NCBI GenBank assembly: GCA_963778655.1
Contig: CAVZVA010000002.1
Span: 192,001-256,000 of the forward strand
Source: an uncultured delta proteobacterium
Lineage (GTDB): Bacteria > Myxococcota_A > Polyangia > Polyangiales > JAFGIB01
DNA: 64,000 nucleotides
Direction: 5' to 3'
Shown here: one piece after another, positions 52,101-62,715 of the stretch
How positions within the stretch are numbered: position 1 is the stretch's first letter
How the letters are laid out: each line of letters starts with the position of its first letter
Translations under genes and position numbers: made by a program
Notes under the pieces: generated by a model
The model's database searches: none
Seen by the model: only the letters and a program-made list of their open reading frames with translations
Told to the model about the DNA's origin: nothing

Positions 52101-52662
52101 CCCGGTCAACGACGACACCGACTTCGGCGGCAAGCCCGACGGGCTGGAGGATCCGGACCACAACGGACGCATCGACAAAGGCGAGACCGACCCCAACGAC
52201 CCGCGCGACGACAAGGTCGGCGAGGCCTGCAGCAGCGATGCCGACTGCGGCGCCAGCGACAGCGGCGTGGTGTGCGAGGGCGACGCGTGCGCGCTCGGTT
52301 GCCGCGGCAAGAACGGCAACGGCTGCCCGCAGGGGCTCGAGTGCAGCTCGACCAGCGCGAGCGCAGGTCAGTGCCGGATGCCTGCGACGTCGATGGACGG
52401 CGGCCTTGCGGGCGACGGCGGCACGCGCCTGGACGGCGGGGCGATGCACGCCGACGCGGGGCCGTCGCAGCCCGACGGCGGCGTCGCCGACGGCGGCGGC
52501 CGCCCGGGCGAGCAGAAGCCCAGCATCCCCACGGTCAAGAACGGCACGCTCGGCGGCGGCGGCTGCGACTGCCGCACGCTCGCAGGCGGCGGCAGCGGCG
52601 ATCTGATGGCCCTGCTGCCGGCGCTGCTGGTGCTGCTGCAACGGCGGCGGCGGCGGCGCTGA
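49186..52662 (+). CDS. Large MYXO-CTERM cell-surface protein (DUF3344/DUF11-like domains, Cys-rich modules, Ca-binding repeats)
   Basis: Signal peptide; KTVTD..RPGDELEYAIAVTN DUF11-like; three 136-aa DxDxDG repeats (408-bp period from 51004); C-terminal GGGGCDC..LLVLLQRRRRRR. Confidence 0.88.
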   Translation: MASFHRKHAALETSLALGAMNPAVGATRRTRAWWLLGLLLLARAQTAWADPALRVQMDVHGDFVLFGNTVAQDCATFFPAIPAPVVGTIGTCPDGNTFAPDAYWRADDPGSGQALADTSIAPADARSTAVLVLPEDANVVYARLYWGALSAASGPDTSVRVQRPSTGLDTMVSADDSAMVNDANTGRFWYQSTADVTSLVKAQGPGAYRLADIESANLVGLNDTHAVIAWYMVVLYRLGGEPSRNIAIFDGLDLVDQSVGNASASLTGFLVPNAGFDAKLGVVAYEGEAELPGDSLSFNGSTLSNGLNPANNFFNASRTFLGSAVTNAGDLPQLTGEPRSLSNVDIDVVDVTSLVQAGDSSATIAATSTIDTYLLGAFITSISTYKPDFTTSTKTVTDLNGGALRPGDELEYAIAVTNNGSDTSTNTVLTDTLPSQVTFVPGSLEIVSGANAGAKTDASGDDQAEFTPGSSTVTFRLGAGATSTQGGELAIGASSTVRFHVVVNADASGTISNQAVINARGQQGAPAENTLTDGNGVEPGSPPTTVTVDLCEADQDCANPTPFCDVSSSPKLCVACLTSAQCKDASKPDCNFTTHVCECTGGNGNCVDSDGDGLSDGAEAVLGTDPHDADSDDDGVPDGSELAPDKDSDGDGVINALDADSDNDGLFDGTELGFDCSGPGTDAARGHCRPDADMGATTTNPVARDTDGGGASDGSEDFNLDGAIDPGETDPTLGHGDDDASVKDADHDGLGDELEKHLHSDPNDADSDDDGALDGEEANPSDDVDGDKLISVLDTDSDNDGLFDGTELGKGCDRSATDASKGHCRPDSDAGATLTSPLLRDSDAGGASDGSEDSNLNGIVDGAETDPTRGHGGDDGSVVDSDGDGLSDPLEATLGTDPNDADSDDDGALDGEEANPSDDSDGDGTLNALDPDSDGDGLFDGTELGKGCGDAATDAGQGHCTADADAGATTTSPVNDDTDFGGKPDGLEDPDHNGRIDKGETDPNDPRDDKVGEACSSDADCGASDSGVVCEGDACALGCRGKNGNGCPQGLECSSTSASAGQCRMPATSMDGGLAGDGGTRLDGGAMHADAGPSQPDGGVADGGGRPGEQKPSIPTVKNGTLGGGGCDCRTLAGGGSGDLMALLPALLVLLQRRRRRR

Positions 52663-52754
52663 TCGCGCGTGTCCGCGGCGCGAACCGCGGCGGTCGTCCG
52701 GCCGCGGGCGTGCACCAGACCGGAAAGGCGTTTCCGATCTGGCCCATCATGCGA

Positions 52755-54251
52755 TCATCCGAGCTCGATCCCGGGATACAGCGGGTGGCGCGCCAACAGC
52801 TCGGCCACGCGTGCGCGGGCGCGCTGTAGCACCGCGGGCTCGGTCTGGTACTTCACCTGCGAGGGCTGGCCGTCCTTCTTGGCGGCCGGCTTGGTGGCGG
52901 CCAGCACCGAGCACAGGATCGAGGCTACCTCCTGCATCTCGGCAGCGCCCATCCCCAGCGTGGTCATCGCCGGGGTACCCAGCCGCAGCCCGCTGGTGTA
53001 CCAGGCGCCGTTGGGGTCGTTGGGGATCACATTGCGGTTCAGGGTGAGGTCGGCCTCGCGCAGCGCGGCTTCCGCCTGGCGGCCGTTCAGGCCATAGCCG
53101 CGCACGTCCAGCAGCACCAGGTGGTTCTCGGTTCCGCCGGTGACGACCTTGGCGCCTCCAGCCAGCAGTGCCTCGGCGAGCACCCGCGCATTGTCGACCA
53201 CGCGCGTGGCGTAGCTCGTGAACGCCGGCTGCGAAGCCTCGAACAGCGCCACCGCCTTGGCGGCCATCACGTGCGGCAGCGGACCGCCGAGCACCAGCGG
53301 GCAGCCGCGGTCCAGCGTGTCGGCCAGAGAGCGCTCGCACAACACCATCCCGCCGCGCGGCCCGCGCAGCGTCTTGTGCGTGGTCGTGGTCACGATGTGC
53401 GCGTGCGCGACCGGATCGAAATCGCCGCTGAACACGTGCCCTGCCACCAGCCCGGCGAAGTGGGCCATGTCGACCATCAGCGTGGCCCCGACCTCGTCGG
53501 CGATCTCGCGGAAGATGCGGAAGTTGATCTTGCGCGGATAGGAGCTGTAGCCGGCGATCAGCAGCAGCGGCCGCTCCTGCCTGGCGCGGGCGCGCACGTG
53601 GTCGTAGTCGAGCAGGCAGCTCTCGGGGTCGACGCCGTAGCTACAGTAGCGAAACAGCTTGCCCGAGACGTTGGGCCGAAAGCCGTGGGTAAGATGGCCG
53701 CCCGAGTCGAGCGCCATGCCCATCATCTTCTGGTCGCCCAGCTCGCGCCGCAGCGCCTCCCATTGCTCTTCCGACAGCTCCCCCAGCGCCTTCTTGCCCA
53801 GCTTCTCGAGCGCTGGGTTCTCGACGCGCGCGGTGAGCACGGTCCAGAACGCCACCAGGTTGGCGTCGATGCCGCTGTGCGGCTGCACGTAGGCGTGGTC
53901 GGCGCCGAACAGCTTGCACGCCAGCTCGGCCGCACGCGTCTCGATCGCGTCAACGTTGTCGCAACCGGCGTAGAAGCGGTGACCCGGAATGCCCTCGGAG
54001 TACTTGTCGCTCAGCCAGTTGCCCATCGCCAGCAGCACCGCCGGCGACGCGAAGTTCTCGCTGGCGATCAGCTTGAGCTTGCTGCGCTGATCGCGGAGCT
54101 CTTGCAGCGTGGCCTGCGCCACCTCCGGCAGCTCGCGCGCCACGCTGTCGAGCGCGGCGGCGAACGCCACCGTCTCGGGTGAGAGCGAGCCCGGCACGTA
54201 GCCGGGCAGCTTGGACTTCAAGTATTGATCGAGCAATGAGCCTGCAGGCAT
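52755..54251 (-). CDS. glyA: Serine hydroxymethyltransferase (long form)
   Basis: [70 protein letters not shown]. Confidence 0.97.
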   Translation of the reverse strand: MPAGSLLDQYLKSKLPGYVPGSLSPETVAFAAALDSVARELPEVAQATLQELRDQRSKLKLIASENFASPAVLLAMGNWLSDKYSEGIPGHRFYAGCDNVDAIETRAAELACKLFGADHAYVQPHSGIDANLVAFWTVLTARVENPALEKLGKKALGELSEEQWEALRRELGDQKMMGMALDSGGHLTHGFRPNVSGKLFRYCSYGVDPESCLLDYDHVRARARQERPLLLIAGYSSYPRKINFRIFREIADEVGATLMVDMAHFAGLVAGHVFSGDFDPVAHAHIVTTTTHKTLRGPRGGMVLCERSLADTLDRGCPLVLGGPLPHVMAAKAVALFEASQPAFTSYATRVVDNARVLAEALLAGGAKVVTGGTENHLVLLDVRGYGLNGRQAEAALREADLTLNRNVIPNDPNGAWYTSGLRLGTPAMTTLGMGAAEMQEVASILCSVLAATKPAAKKDGQPSQVKYQTEPAVLQRARARVAELLARHPLYPGIELG

Positions 54252-54283
54252 GGGCGCGCCTCCTCGTTGAGCGTGGCGAATCA

Positions 54284-54356
54284 GGCCCAGGCGCGCGGCC
54301 ACAGACACCGTCGCTCCCCGGTGGTCGGCTCCACCTGAAACGCCAGTCACGACGGT
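54284..54356 (-). promoter_or_regulatory. ZMP/ZTP (pfl) riboswitch
   Basis: Minus strand CCGTCGTGACTGGCG..GGTGG..CCACCGGGGAGCGACGG..GCCGCGCGCCTGGGC matches pfl consensus with TGGCG/CGCCT pseudoknot; 5' of glyA. Confidence 0.93.
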
Positions 54357-54551
54357 CGGTAGGGAAGCTAGGGTGGGCGGCCTGGGATGTCAACTCGCCC
54401 GGGACGGCGGGCCCAAAGGCACCGCGGGCAACCCATCGCCGCGCGCCCAAGGCGGTGCGCACGCGCTCGACCCAGGATCTCCGCGCACTCGCGGCTGCCC
54501 GTCTTCCTGTTTCATGCCGCTGAATGGCCTTGCTGTAGACTCGAGCCAGCC

Positions 54552-55673
54552 ATGCAGACCTTCGACATCGACGTCGCCATCGTGGGCGCCGGGGTGGTAG
54601 GGCTAGCGTGCGCGGCGCGGCTGGCGCGCCGCGGCCGCTCCGTGCTCGTGATCGAGCGCCGCAGCGCCGTCGGCGAGGAAACCACCAGCCGCAACAGCGG
54701 CGTGATCCACGCCGGCTTGTACTATGCGCCCGGCTCGCTCAAGGCGCTGACCTGTGTCGAGGGGCGTGCGCGGCTGTACGCGCGCTGCGAGCGGGAAGCG
54801 TTGCCGCACCGCAAGTGCGGCAAGCTGGTAGTGGCGACCGAGGACGCCGAGCGAGCGCAGCTCGAGACGATCTGCGCCCGCGGGCTGCAGAACGGCGCTG
54901 GCGGGCTGCGGATGATCGAAGCCGCGGAGCTGCGGCGGCTCGAGCCGCACGTGCGCGCGGTCGCCGCGCTGTTCTCGCCCGAAACCGGCATCGTGGACGC
55001 GCACGCGCTGGTCGGGAGCTACAAGCGCGAGGCCATGGAACACGGGGCCGAGCTCTGCCTGGCGACCGAGGTCGACGCACTCGAGCCGGGGGGCAGAGGG
55101 ATCCGCCTGCGCACGAGCTCGCGCGCGGGCGAGGTGGCGGAGCTGCACGCGGAGCGCGTGGTCAACGCGGCCGGGCTGTACGCGGATCGCGTGGCGGCGC
55201 TCGCGGGGCTCGATCTCGACGCGCTAGGCTACCGGCTACACCCGTGCAAGGGCGACTACTTCACCCTCGGCTCGGCGCTGCGCGGTCGCGTGCAGCACCT
55301 GATCTATCCGGTACCGGTGCACGCGGGCCTGGGCATCCACTTGACGCTCGACCTGGGCGGGGGCCTGCGCGCGGGGCCGGACACGGAGTACGTGGACGAG
55401 CTGCGTTACGACGTGGATCCGGCCAAGGGCAAGCTGTTCGCGGCTGCGGTGCGGCGCTACCTGCCGGACGCGCGCGACCGGGATTTCTCGCCGGACTACG
55501 CGGGGATCCGGCCCAAGCTGCAAGGGCCGAGCGATCCGGCGCGGGACTTCGTGATCGAGGAGGCGAGCGCGCACGGCGTGCCGGGGCTGGTGAATCTGAT
55601 CGGCATCGAGTCGCCGGGGCTCACCGCAAGCGAGGCGATCGCGGAACGGGTGGCAGCCCTGCTGGACGCGTAG
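54552..55673 (+). CDS. FAD-dependent oxidoreductase, L-2-hydroxyglutarate oxidase (LhgO) family
   Basis: GAGVVG, TTSRNSGVIHAGLYY..GSLKA, LIYPVP, GLGIHLT.D, YAGIRPK, GIESPGLT. Confidence 0.92.
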   Translation: MQTFDIDVAIVGAGVVGLACAARLARRGRSVLVIERRSAVGEETTSRNSGVIHAGLYYAPGSLKALTCVEGRARLYARCEREALPHRKCGKLVVATEDAERAQLETICARGLQNGAGGLRMIEAAELRRLEPHVRAVAALFSPETGIVDAHALVGSYKREAMEHGAELCLATEVDALEPGGRGIRLRTSSRAGEVAELHAERVVNAAGLYADRVAALAGLDLDALGYRLHPCKGDYFTLGSALRGRVQHLIYPVPVHAGLGIHLTLDLGGGLRAGPDTEYVDELRYDVDPAKGKLFAAAVRRYLPDARDRDFSPDYAGIRPKLQGPSDPARDFVIEEASAHGVPGLVNLIGIESPGLTASEAIAERVAALLDA

Positions 55674-55882
55674 TCGCTGACGCCTGAACCCTTCGGTCTC
55701 GTGGCTCCGAACCACGCGCACCAAGCCCCGAGCGAGCACGCACGCGCGTGCTCTCGCGCTCGCTCACGGACGCCACCGCGACCCACCGTCAGCGTGTGGC
55801 CGCCCTGCCCTGCGCCGCAACGGGTGAGCACCGGCGCTGACGCGAAGCTTTGATCGGGATCAAACTGGCCCGATGCGTGGCG

Positions 55883-56599
55883 TCACAGCACGGTCAGGTG
55901 CTCGCGATCGCGGATGTGCTCGACCTGGTTGTAGGCGTGCACGACACTGCGGCCCGCAGATAGCTCCAGCAGCGAGACCGAGCTGTTGTACAGGCGGTGT
56001 CGAGTCGCCCCGGCCGGTGGCGCCTGTCCCGCGCGCTCCAACAGGTGGCCGATCACGCCGTTGGACGAGACCACGGCGATCTCACGCCCGGGTCCCTCGC
56101 GCTCCACGATCTCCACGAGCGCCTGCTCGACTCGCCCCGCAAACGCCGCCGGGGGCTCGAGCTCCGGGCTGCTGATCTCGCCCCGGCCCCAAAGCTCGAT
56201 CATGTAGTCGAACAGCTCGTTGAGCGCGCGGTCGCGCACGTCCGGCTTGCCGGCCGCTTCGCGCACCCGCAGTGCGAGGGCCTCCAGGGCGGCATCGTGG
56301 GGCAGGCGCGGCCGCACGTGCTGCTTCATCAGCGGCTCGAACGGACCCTCGGCCAGCCCGTCGAGCACGACCGGCTGCGGCCATCCGCCGGCGACCTCGC
56401 CGGCCGCCTCGCGCATAAGCCGCAGCGTCTCCAGCTGCCTCCGCAACGGCCCCACGTAGATCGCATCGAAACGCTGGCCGCGCGCAGCCAGATGCTCACC
56501 CAGCTGGCGAGCCTGAAGCTCGCCGTGGGCGTGCAGCTGGTCGTAATCCGCCTCCAGCGCGGTGGCCCGCCCGTGGCGGATCAGGTGCAGCCTCGTCAT
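55883..56599 (-). CDS. Histidine phosphatase family protein
   Basis: LIRHG, DYDQL...G..QA, GPLRRQ.ET, VVSSNGVI, NSSVS. Confidence 0.88.
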   Translation of the reverse strand: MTRLHLIRHGRATALEADYDQLHAHGELQARQLGEHLAARGQRFDAIYVGPLRRQLETLRLMREAAGEVAGGWPQPVVLDGLAEGPFEPLMKQHVRPRLPHDAALEALALRVREAAGKPDVRDRALNELFDYMIELWGRGEISSPELEPPAAFAGRVEQALVEIVEREGPGREIAVVSSNGVIGHLLERAGQAPPAGATRHRLYNSSVSLLELSAGRSVVHAYNQVEHIRDREHLTVL

Positions 56600-56693
56600 G
56601 GGTTCGGTGCAGGCTCCGCGATCCGAGCCCGAACCGCAAACCCGAAATGGTTATCGCGCGCCGCCGGCGGGCGCGGCTCCGGCCCGGACCCGG

Positions 56694-58184
56694 CTACAGG
56701 CAGGTGTTGGGGCCGTGGATCAGCGTCGCAATCGGATTGCCGTTGGTGAGCGACAGCTTGGGGTAATACAGCGTGAAATAGTAGCACATCTCATCGGTGG
56801 TCTTCTCGCCGAAGGTCGCCGGTGAGCTGTAGTAGCAAGTCGTGGTCAGGCTGTCGCCGGGGTTGATGATGGTGCTGTCCGGATAGGAGTGCTGGTAGTT
56901 GAAGTCGAACGGCTGGTCGTGAAGCGTCTCCATGGTTCCGTCCGCACGCGTGATGATCACGGTCTGGCGGTTGCCCTTGAGGTGCATGTGCGGCGAGCCG
57001 CCGATGATGTGGATCGGCACGTTGCCGGTAGGCGTGCACGTCCCGGTCGCCATGGTGCCGTTGATGTTGTCGGTCCCCAGCCAGGAGAGCGATGCGACGT
57101 TGGCCGGCACCGTCGGAGTGACGCACACCTCGATGCCGGAGGCGTCCGGCGCAGTGGCGCCCGTGACGTTGTTGTGGTGGGTCTCGAGCGTGTAACCGAC
57201 GTCGCCCGGCATCTCCTCGCCGGTGTCCGGGGCGAGGTACATGTCCGAGCCGCCCGGAGCCCAGCCGTCCATCAGCTCGCCATCGGGGTGCGCGCCCGAT
57301 GAGGGTCCGACGGCGCCGTCCGTAACCGCCGCGCTGTCCTTGTAGAACAGCCAGTGGTGGATCACCTGCATGTTGCCGGTGACGGCCCGGAACGAGCGCA
57401 CGTACATCATGCCTTGCCAAGCCGGCATGAAGGTGAAGTTGGTGTACTGATCCGGCGTCGTGGTCACCTGATAGGGCTGCATCTTGTCGTTCGGATCGTG
57501 CGCCAAGAACTGGTAGCACTTCATCATCGGGTCGTTGTACTCGATGGGCTTGTCCGAGGTGCCCTCCGTCACGGTCGGGCTCATGGGCATCGTTGTGGTG
57601 CCGCCCGCGCCCGCGGCGCCGGTGCCCACGCCTGTGCCCGTGCCGCCGGCCATCCCGGTCGCGCCGCCGGTGGTGATCGCGCACGCCTGCGCGCTCGGCA
57701 TCGCGCCCGCCGATGCCCAGCTGCTCAGCGTCTGCAGGTCGGCTGCGGGCAGCGCCGGCTGCGACGCCGGCGGCATGCGCTTGCTGATCTCGGTGGCGTT
57801 GATCCGGCCTGGGATCAGCTCGTAGACCTTCTTGGTCGCGTCGCTCTTGGCCTGCGCGTGGAAGTCGGCGTAGGTCATCAAGGACATCGGCGCGCCGAAG
57901 GCGGGCGTCGTGCCGTGGCACAGCGTGCAGTGACTGCCGACCACGTTTGCCACGTCGCACGGCACACCGCCCGCGGCCTGGGTGGTGGTGCCGACCGGCG
58001 CGACCGGCCCTCCGCTCATGCCTGCTGCGCCGCTCGGCAGGGAGCCGACGGCGGGTCCGCCCACGGTGCCCACCGGACCGCCGACGGTACCACCACCGTT
58101 CGAGCCGTCGCTCGAGCCGCAACCGACGGCCAGGGCGAGCATGCAGCACGATGACCAGAGACCGACGATTCTCAATTTCCGCAT
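56694..58184 (-). CDS. Lipoprotein: c-type cytochrome domain plus PHM-like copper type II monooxygenase
   Basis: GGAGGA RBS, lipobox AVGC; CTLCH..RMPP; IHHW, GWAPG, ETHH, PHMHLKG, FDFNYQ, TDEMC. Confidence 0.85.
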   Translation of the reverse strand: MRKLRIVGLWSSCCMLALAVGCGSSDGSNGGGTVGGPVGTVGGPAVGSLPSGAAGMSGGPVAPVGTTTQAAGGVPCDVANVVGSHCTLCHGTTPAFGAPMSLMTYADFHAQAKSDATKKVYELIPGRINATEISKRMPPASQPALPAADLQTLSSWASAGAMPSAQACAITTGGATGMAGGTGTGVGTGAAGAGGTTTMPMSPTVTEGTSDKPIEYNDPMMKCYQFLAHDPNDKMQPYQVTTTPDQYTNFTFMPAWQGMMYVRSFRAVTGNMQVIHHWLFYKDSAAVTDGAVGPSSGAHPDGELMDGWAPGGSDMYLAPDTGEEMPGDVGYTLETHHNNVTGATAPDASGIEVCVTPTVPANVASLSWLGTDNINGTMATGTCTPTGNVPIHIIGGSPHMHLKGNRQTVIITRADGTMETLHDQPFDFNYQHSYPDSTIINPGDSLTTTCYYSSPATFGEKTTDEMCYYFTLYYPKLSLTNGNPIATLIHGPNTCL

Positions 58185-58592
58185 GGGCTCCTCCAGGTGC
58201 ACGGGTGCACCGTCCTGACCGACCTCACCGACGTGGGCTCAGCGCGGGGGCTCGCAGGACCCGGCCGCAGGCCGGGGATCCGCACCCAGCCGTGCGCCTC
58301 GCCGAGATCCCTCGACGCGATCGCTTCCGGTTACCTGCGTCACGAAATTCCACAACCACAGCGCCTCACCCCGCGGCTAGTTAGTGTACGCGGTCTGCAC
58401 GGCACCGCAACATGCGCGACTCCGCAGCGCGTGCATTTTCCCTTTTGCAACTCTATGAGATGATAAGAAAATCAGCGCCTGGCAGAGGTCGAACCGCGAG
58501 GACAACCGACCCCAAATTAGGGAGGGTTCGCGGCCCCCGGCGGCTGAAATTGCGTGTGCGCGCGCCCGCCGCGAGCCCGCCGGCCCCGCGGC

Positions 58593-59594
58593 TCAGGCGC
58601 TCGGCGGAGCCGGCCTCAACACCACGACCCGGATGCCGGCGCGGCGCAAGGCGGCCGGCTCCTCGCTCGCGTCCCCGGCGTAGGGGTCCCCCTGGCGCAC
58701 CACGCACACACGCATGCCCGCGTCGGTGCGCGAGCGGATCGCCTCGAGCAGCTGCGCCCCCGACCCCGGCGCCTCTGAGGCGCCGAGAGCGGCCTTCTCC
58801 GCATCCCGCCGCGTGAGCTCCAGCAGCGCCGCCGGCACCCCGGGCTCGTGCAAGACCAGATCGGCGTGCCCCAGCCAGCGCGCCGCCGCACGCGACAAGC
58901 AATCCGGATCGCCGTGGCCAGCGGCCAGCAGGGCCACCGCCGGGCCGGGCGGTAGCTGCCCGGCGTCGAGCGCGCGCAGCAATCGGGCCTCGGCCTCGGC
59001 CTCACGCCCGGCGTAAAGCAGCGCCGCCACCTCGCCGGCATCGTCGAGCAGCTGCTCCCACAGCCGGCGGCGTGCGGTGGTGTCGGCAACCCGTGCGCGC
59101 ACCTGTGCGCGGTGCCGCGCGGCGAAGCGCGCCAGCGCGCCGAGCTGCGCAGGCAAGGCCAGCTCCAGCCGCGCGCGGGTCAGCCGTGCCAGCACCGGCG
59201 AGGCCCCTGCGCTCGAAACCGCCACCAGCAGCGGGCTGCGATCGACGATGGCCGGCATCACGAAGCTGCACAGGCGCGGCGAATCCACCACGTTGACGGG
59301 GATCGCGCGGGCCTGCGCGTCGGCGGCCACGCACGCGTTCACCTCGCCGCGATCGGTCGCGGCGATCACCAGGCACACGCCGTCGAGATCGCCGGCCGCA
59401 TAGTCGCGCAGCGCGACCTGCAGCTCGCCGCTCTGGGCGCGCGCGGCCAGGGGCGCGCACAGCTCGGGCGAGACCACCCGCACCGCGGCGCCCGCGCGCT
59501 GCAGCAGCTCCAGCTTGCGCAGCGCCAGCGCCCCGCCGCCCACCACCAGGCAAGCGCGGCCGCGCAGATCGACGAAGATGGGCAGATAGTCCAT
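58593..59594 (-). CDS. cysG: Siroheme synthase N-terminal (precorrin-2 dehydrogenase/ferrochelatase) with degenerate methyltransferase tail
   Basis: MDYLPIF, LVVGGG, VNVVD.P.LCSF.MPAIVDRSP, SSAGASPVLAR; only 333 aa. Confidence 0.85.
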   Translation of the reverse strand: MDYLPIFVDLRGRACLVVGGGALALRKLELLQRAGAAVRVVSPELCAPLAARAQSGELQVALRDYAAGDLDGVCLVIAATDRGEVNACVAADAQARAIPVNVVDSPRLCSFVMPAIVDRSPLLVAVSSAGASPVLARLTRARLELALPAQLGALARFAARHRAQVRARVADTTARRRLWEQLLDDAGEVAALLYAGREAEAEARLLRALDAGQLPPGPAVALLAAGHGDPDCLSRAAARWLGHADLVLHEPGVPAALLELTRRDAEKAALGASEAPGSGAQLLEAIRSRTDAGMRVCVVRQGDPYAGDASEEPAALRRAGIRVVVLRPAPPSA

Positions 59595-59712
59595 GCCGGC
59601 GCCGACCGACGCAGCGTCGCCCGGCGGCGCCCATTATAGCGGTGGACGGCGAGCGCAGGCACGCCGCGCGCTCGCGGCGACGCCGGCCCCCCGGCGCCGG
59701 AGCCGTACGCGC

Positions 59713-59826
59713 TCAGCTCGCGTGGGTGTCCAGCTCGTTGCGCCGCAATCCGTGCGTCGCGACGTGAACCAACACGAAGAGCGTACCCAGCGTGTAACCC
59801 TTCAAGTAGCTGCCGATGCGTTTCAT
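59713..59826 (-). CDS. Putative small protein (37 aa)
   Basis: GGGGA RBS, ATG 59826, MKRIGSYLKGYTLGTLFVLVHVATHGLRRNELDTHAS, GC3-rich codons. Confidence 0.45.
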   Translation of the reverse strand: MKRIGSYLKGYTLGTLFVLVHVATHGLRRNELDTHAS

Positions 59827-60200
59827 GCCGTGGTCCCCATTGCCCGAAGCGAGAAGCGAAAGCGAGAAAGCTGCCAACGCTCGATAGTATGGGCGACCGC
59901 AGGTTTCACGTGCATGACAAATCAGAGAATTTTCGCGCACATCGAGCCGCCTTACAGCGGCGTGAGCTGCGCACGACGCGTACATCGCATGACCGGCTGT
60001 AGCTAGTTCCCGTCCATCGGGACTTGCCGTCTTCCCGCCTCCCTGTGGATCTGTTGGTCCCATGGCGGCTGCATTTCTGGAGGAGAACCAGCGGCCGCAA
60101 CGCGCCGCGGCGAGCCAGCCCGCGGAGCTCGTCGATCCGTTCCGTCGGCGTTTTTCCGCCGCCGGCTAGGCAGGACGGCTTTCGTGGTTATCGTGGAAGC

Positions 60201-61284
<1,084 letters not shown>

Positions 61285-61292
<8 letters not shown>

Positions 61293-62715
61293 GGAAGCCG
61301 CCGTGCCCATTCCCTGTGCCGTGCTGATGTGTCACGCCCCGATCGTGATCCCCGCCATCGCGGGCAGGCGCGCCGCGCAGTGCGCCCGCACGACCGCCGC
61401 GATGAAGCAGGCGGCGCAATGCCTGGTGGCGCACGCGCCGGACGTGATCGTGATCATCAGCCCACACACGCCGCGCGACCCGCTGCGCTTCGGCATCGTG
61501 CAGGACGCACGGCTCAGCGGCGACTTCGGCCGCTTCGGTGTGCCGGAGGTGGGCGTGGAGCTGCCGGGCGCGCAGCGCGCCGCGGCCGCGCTGGCGCGCA
61601 GCGCGCGAGAGCTGGGTCTTTCGAGCTGGAGCCCGAGCGGGCAACAGCTGGACCACGGCGCCCTGGTTCCGCTGTATTTCGTGCGCGAGGCGGGCTGGCG
61701 CGGGCCGACCCTGTTGCTCGCCCTGCCCTACCCCGACAGCGGCCTGGAGACTGCGATGGGTCGCGCGATCGCGCGTGCGGCGAACGAGCTGGGCGAGCGC
61801 TGGTGCGTGCTGGCCTCGGGCGACATGAGCCACCGTCTCACGCCCGACGCACCCGCGGGCTATCACCCGAACGCGGCGCGCTTCGACGCGGGCTTCCGCG
61901 ATTTGATCGACGGCGGTGAGCTCGAGCAGGCCGCAGCCTTTCCCACGCAGCTGCGCGAGATCGCCGCCGAAGACGTGGTCGACTCCTGCACCGTGGCCGC
62001 CGCCGCAGTGGGCTTCGACGCGCGCGGCCACCGCGTGCTGAGCTACGAGGGCCCTTTCGGCGTGGGCTACCTGGAAGCCGTGCTGCACGAGAGCGCGCCG
62101 CCGCCGCAGCCGCAGCGGGCGCCCCAAGACACGCCGGACGAGCAGCCCCCACGCGCGCTGCTGGGCATCGCACGCGCCGCGATCGCCGCGTACCTGCGCG
62201 GGCAGGCCTTCGAGCCGCCCGAGCTGCCGCCGCCCTGGTCGCGCTCTCGCGGGGTGTTCGTCACCTTGCGCACCGCGCAAGGTGAGCTGCGCGGCTGCAT
62301 CGGTCATATCGAGCCGGGGCTGCCCACGCTTGGGTACGAAGTGGCGTCGTGCGCGATCTCGAGCGCGACCCGCGACGCGCGCTTCGCGCCGGTCGAGCTG
62401 GACGATCTCGACGGGCTGCGGATCGAGATCAGCGTGCTCTCGCCCCCGGAGCCGATCGCGAGCCTGGATCAGCTCGATCCCGAGCGCTTCGGCGTGGTGG
62501 TGAGCTCCGGACAGGCGCGTGGCGTGCTGCTGCCCGGCATCGAAGGCGTGCACACCGCTCGCGATCAGGTCCGAATTGCCGCGGCCAAGGCCGGCCTGGG
62601 CCCGAACGCGCCCCTGCAACTGGAGCGCTTCGAGGTGCGCAAGCTATGCGATGAGGACGACCTCGTGGTCGAGCCGCAGGGCCGGCCTCAGAGGGAGAGC
62701 CGTGTCCTCGATTGA
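61285..62715 (+). CDS. amrA: Fused LigB/MEMO-like dioxygenase-fold plus AMMECR1 protein (AmmeMemoRadiSam protein A)
   Basis: CHAP, IISPH, LDHGALVPLYF, ASGDMSHRL, YEGPFGVGY; GVFVTL, LRGCIG, RGVLLP. Confidence 0.92.

Noticed and set aside
48387..52212. Regularly spaced DNA repeats as a CRISPR array
   Set aside because: In-frame coding repeats (96-bp and 408-bp periods) with synonymous variation, no unique spacers and no cas genes
49120..52641. 1173-aa minus-strand ORF and many other long overlapping ORFs (e.g. 7520-9202, 44272-46170, 31721-33745)
   Set aside because: Antisense or alternate-frame shadows of motif-bearing genes, expected at ~70% GC; Arg/Ala/Gly-rich with no motifs
49186..52662. 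Calling the gene traA
   Set aside because: Domain content (DUF11-like, acidic Ca repeats) and gene order differ from TraA; only the sorting tag and partner type match
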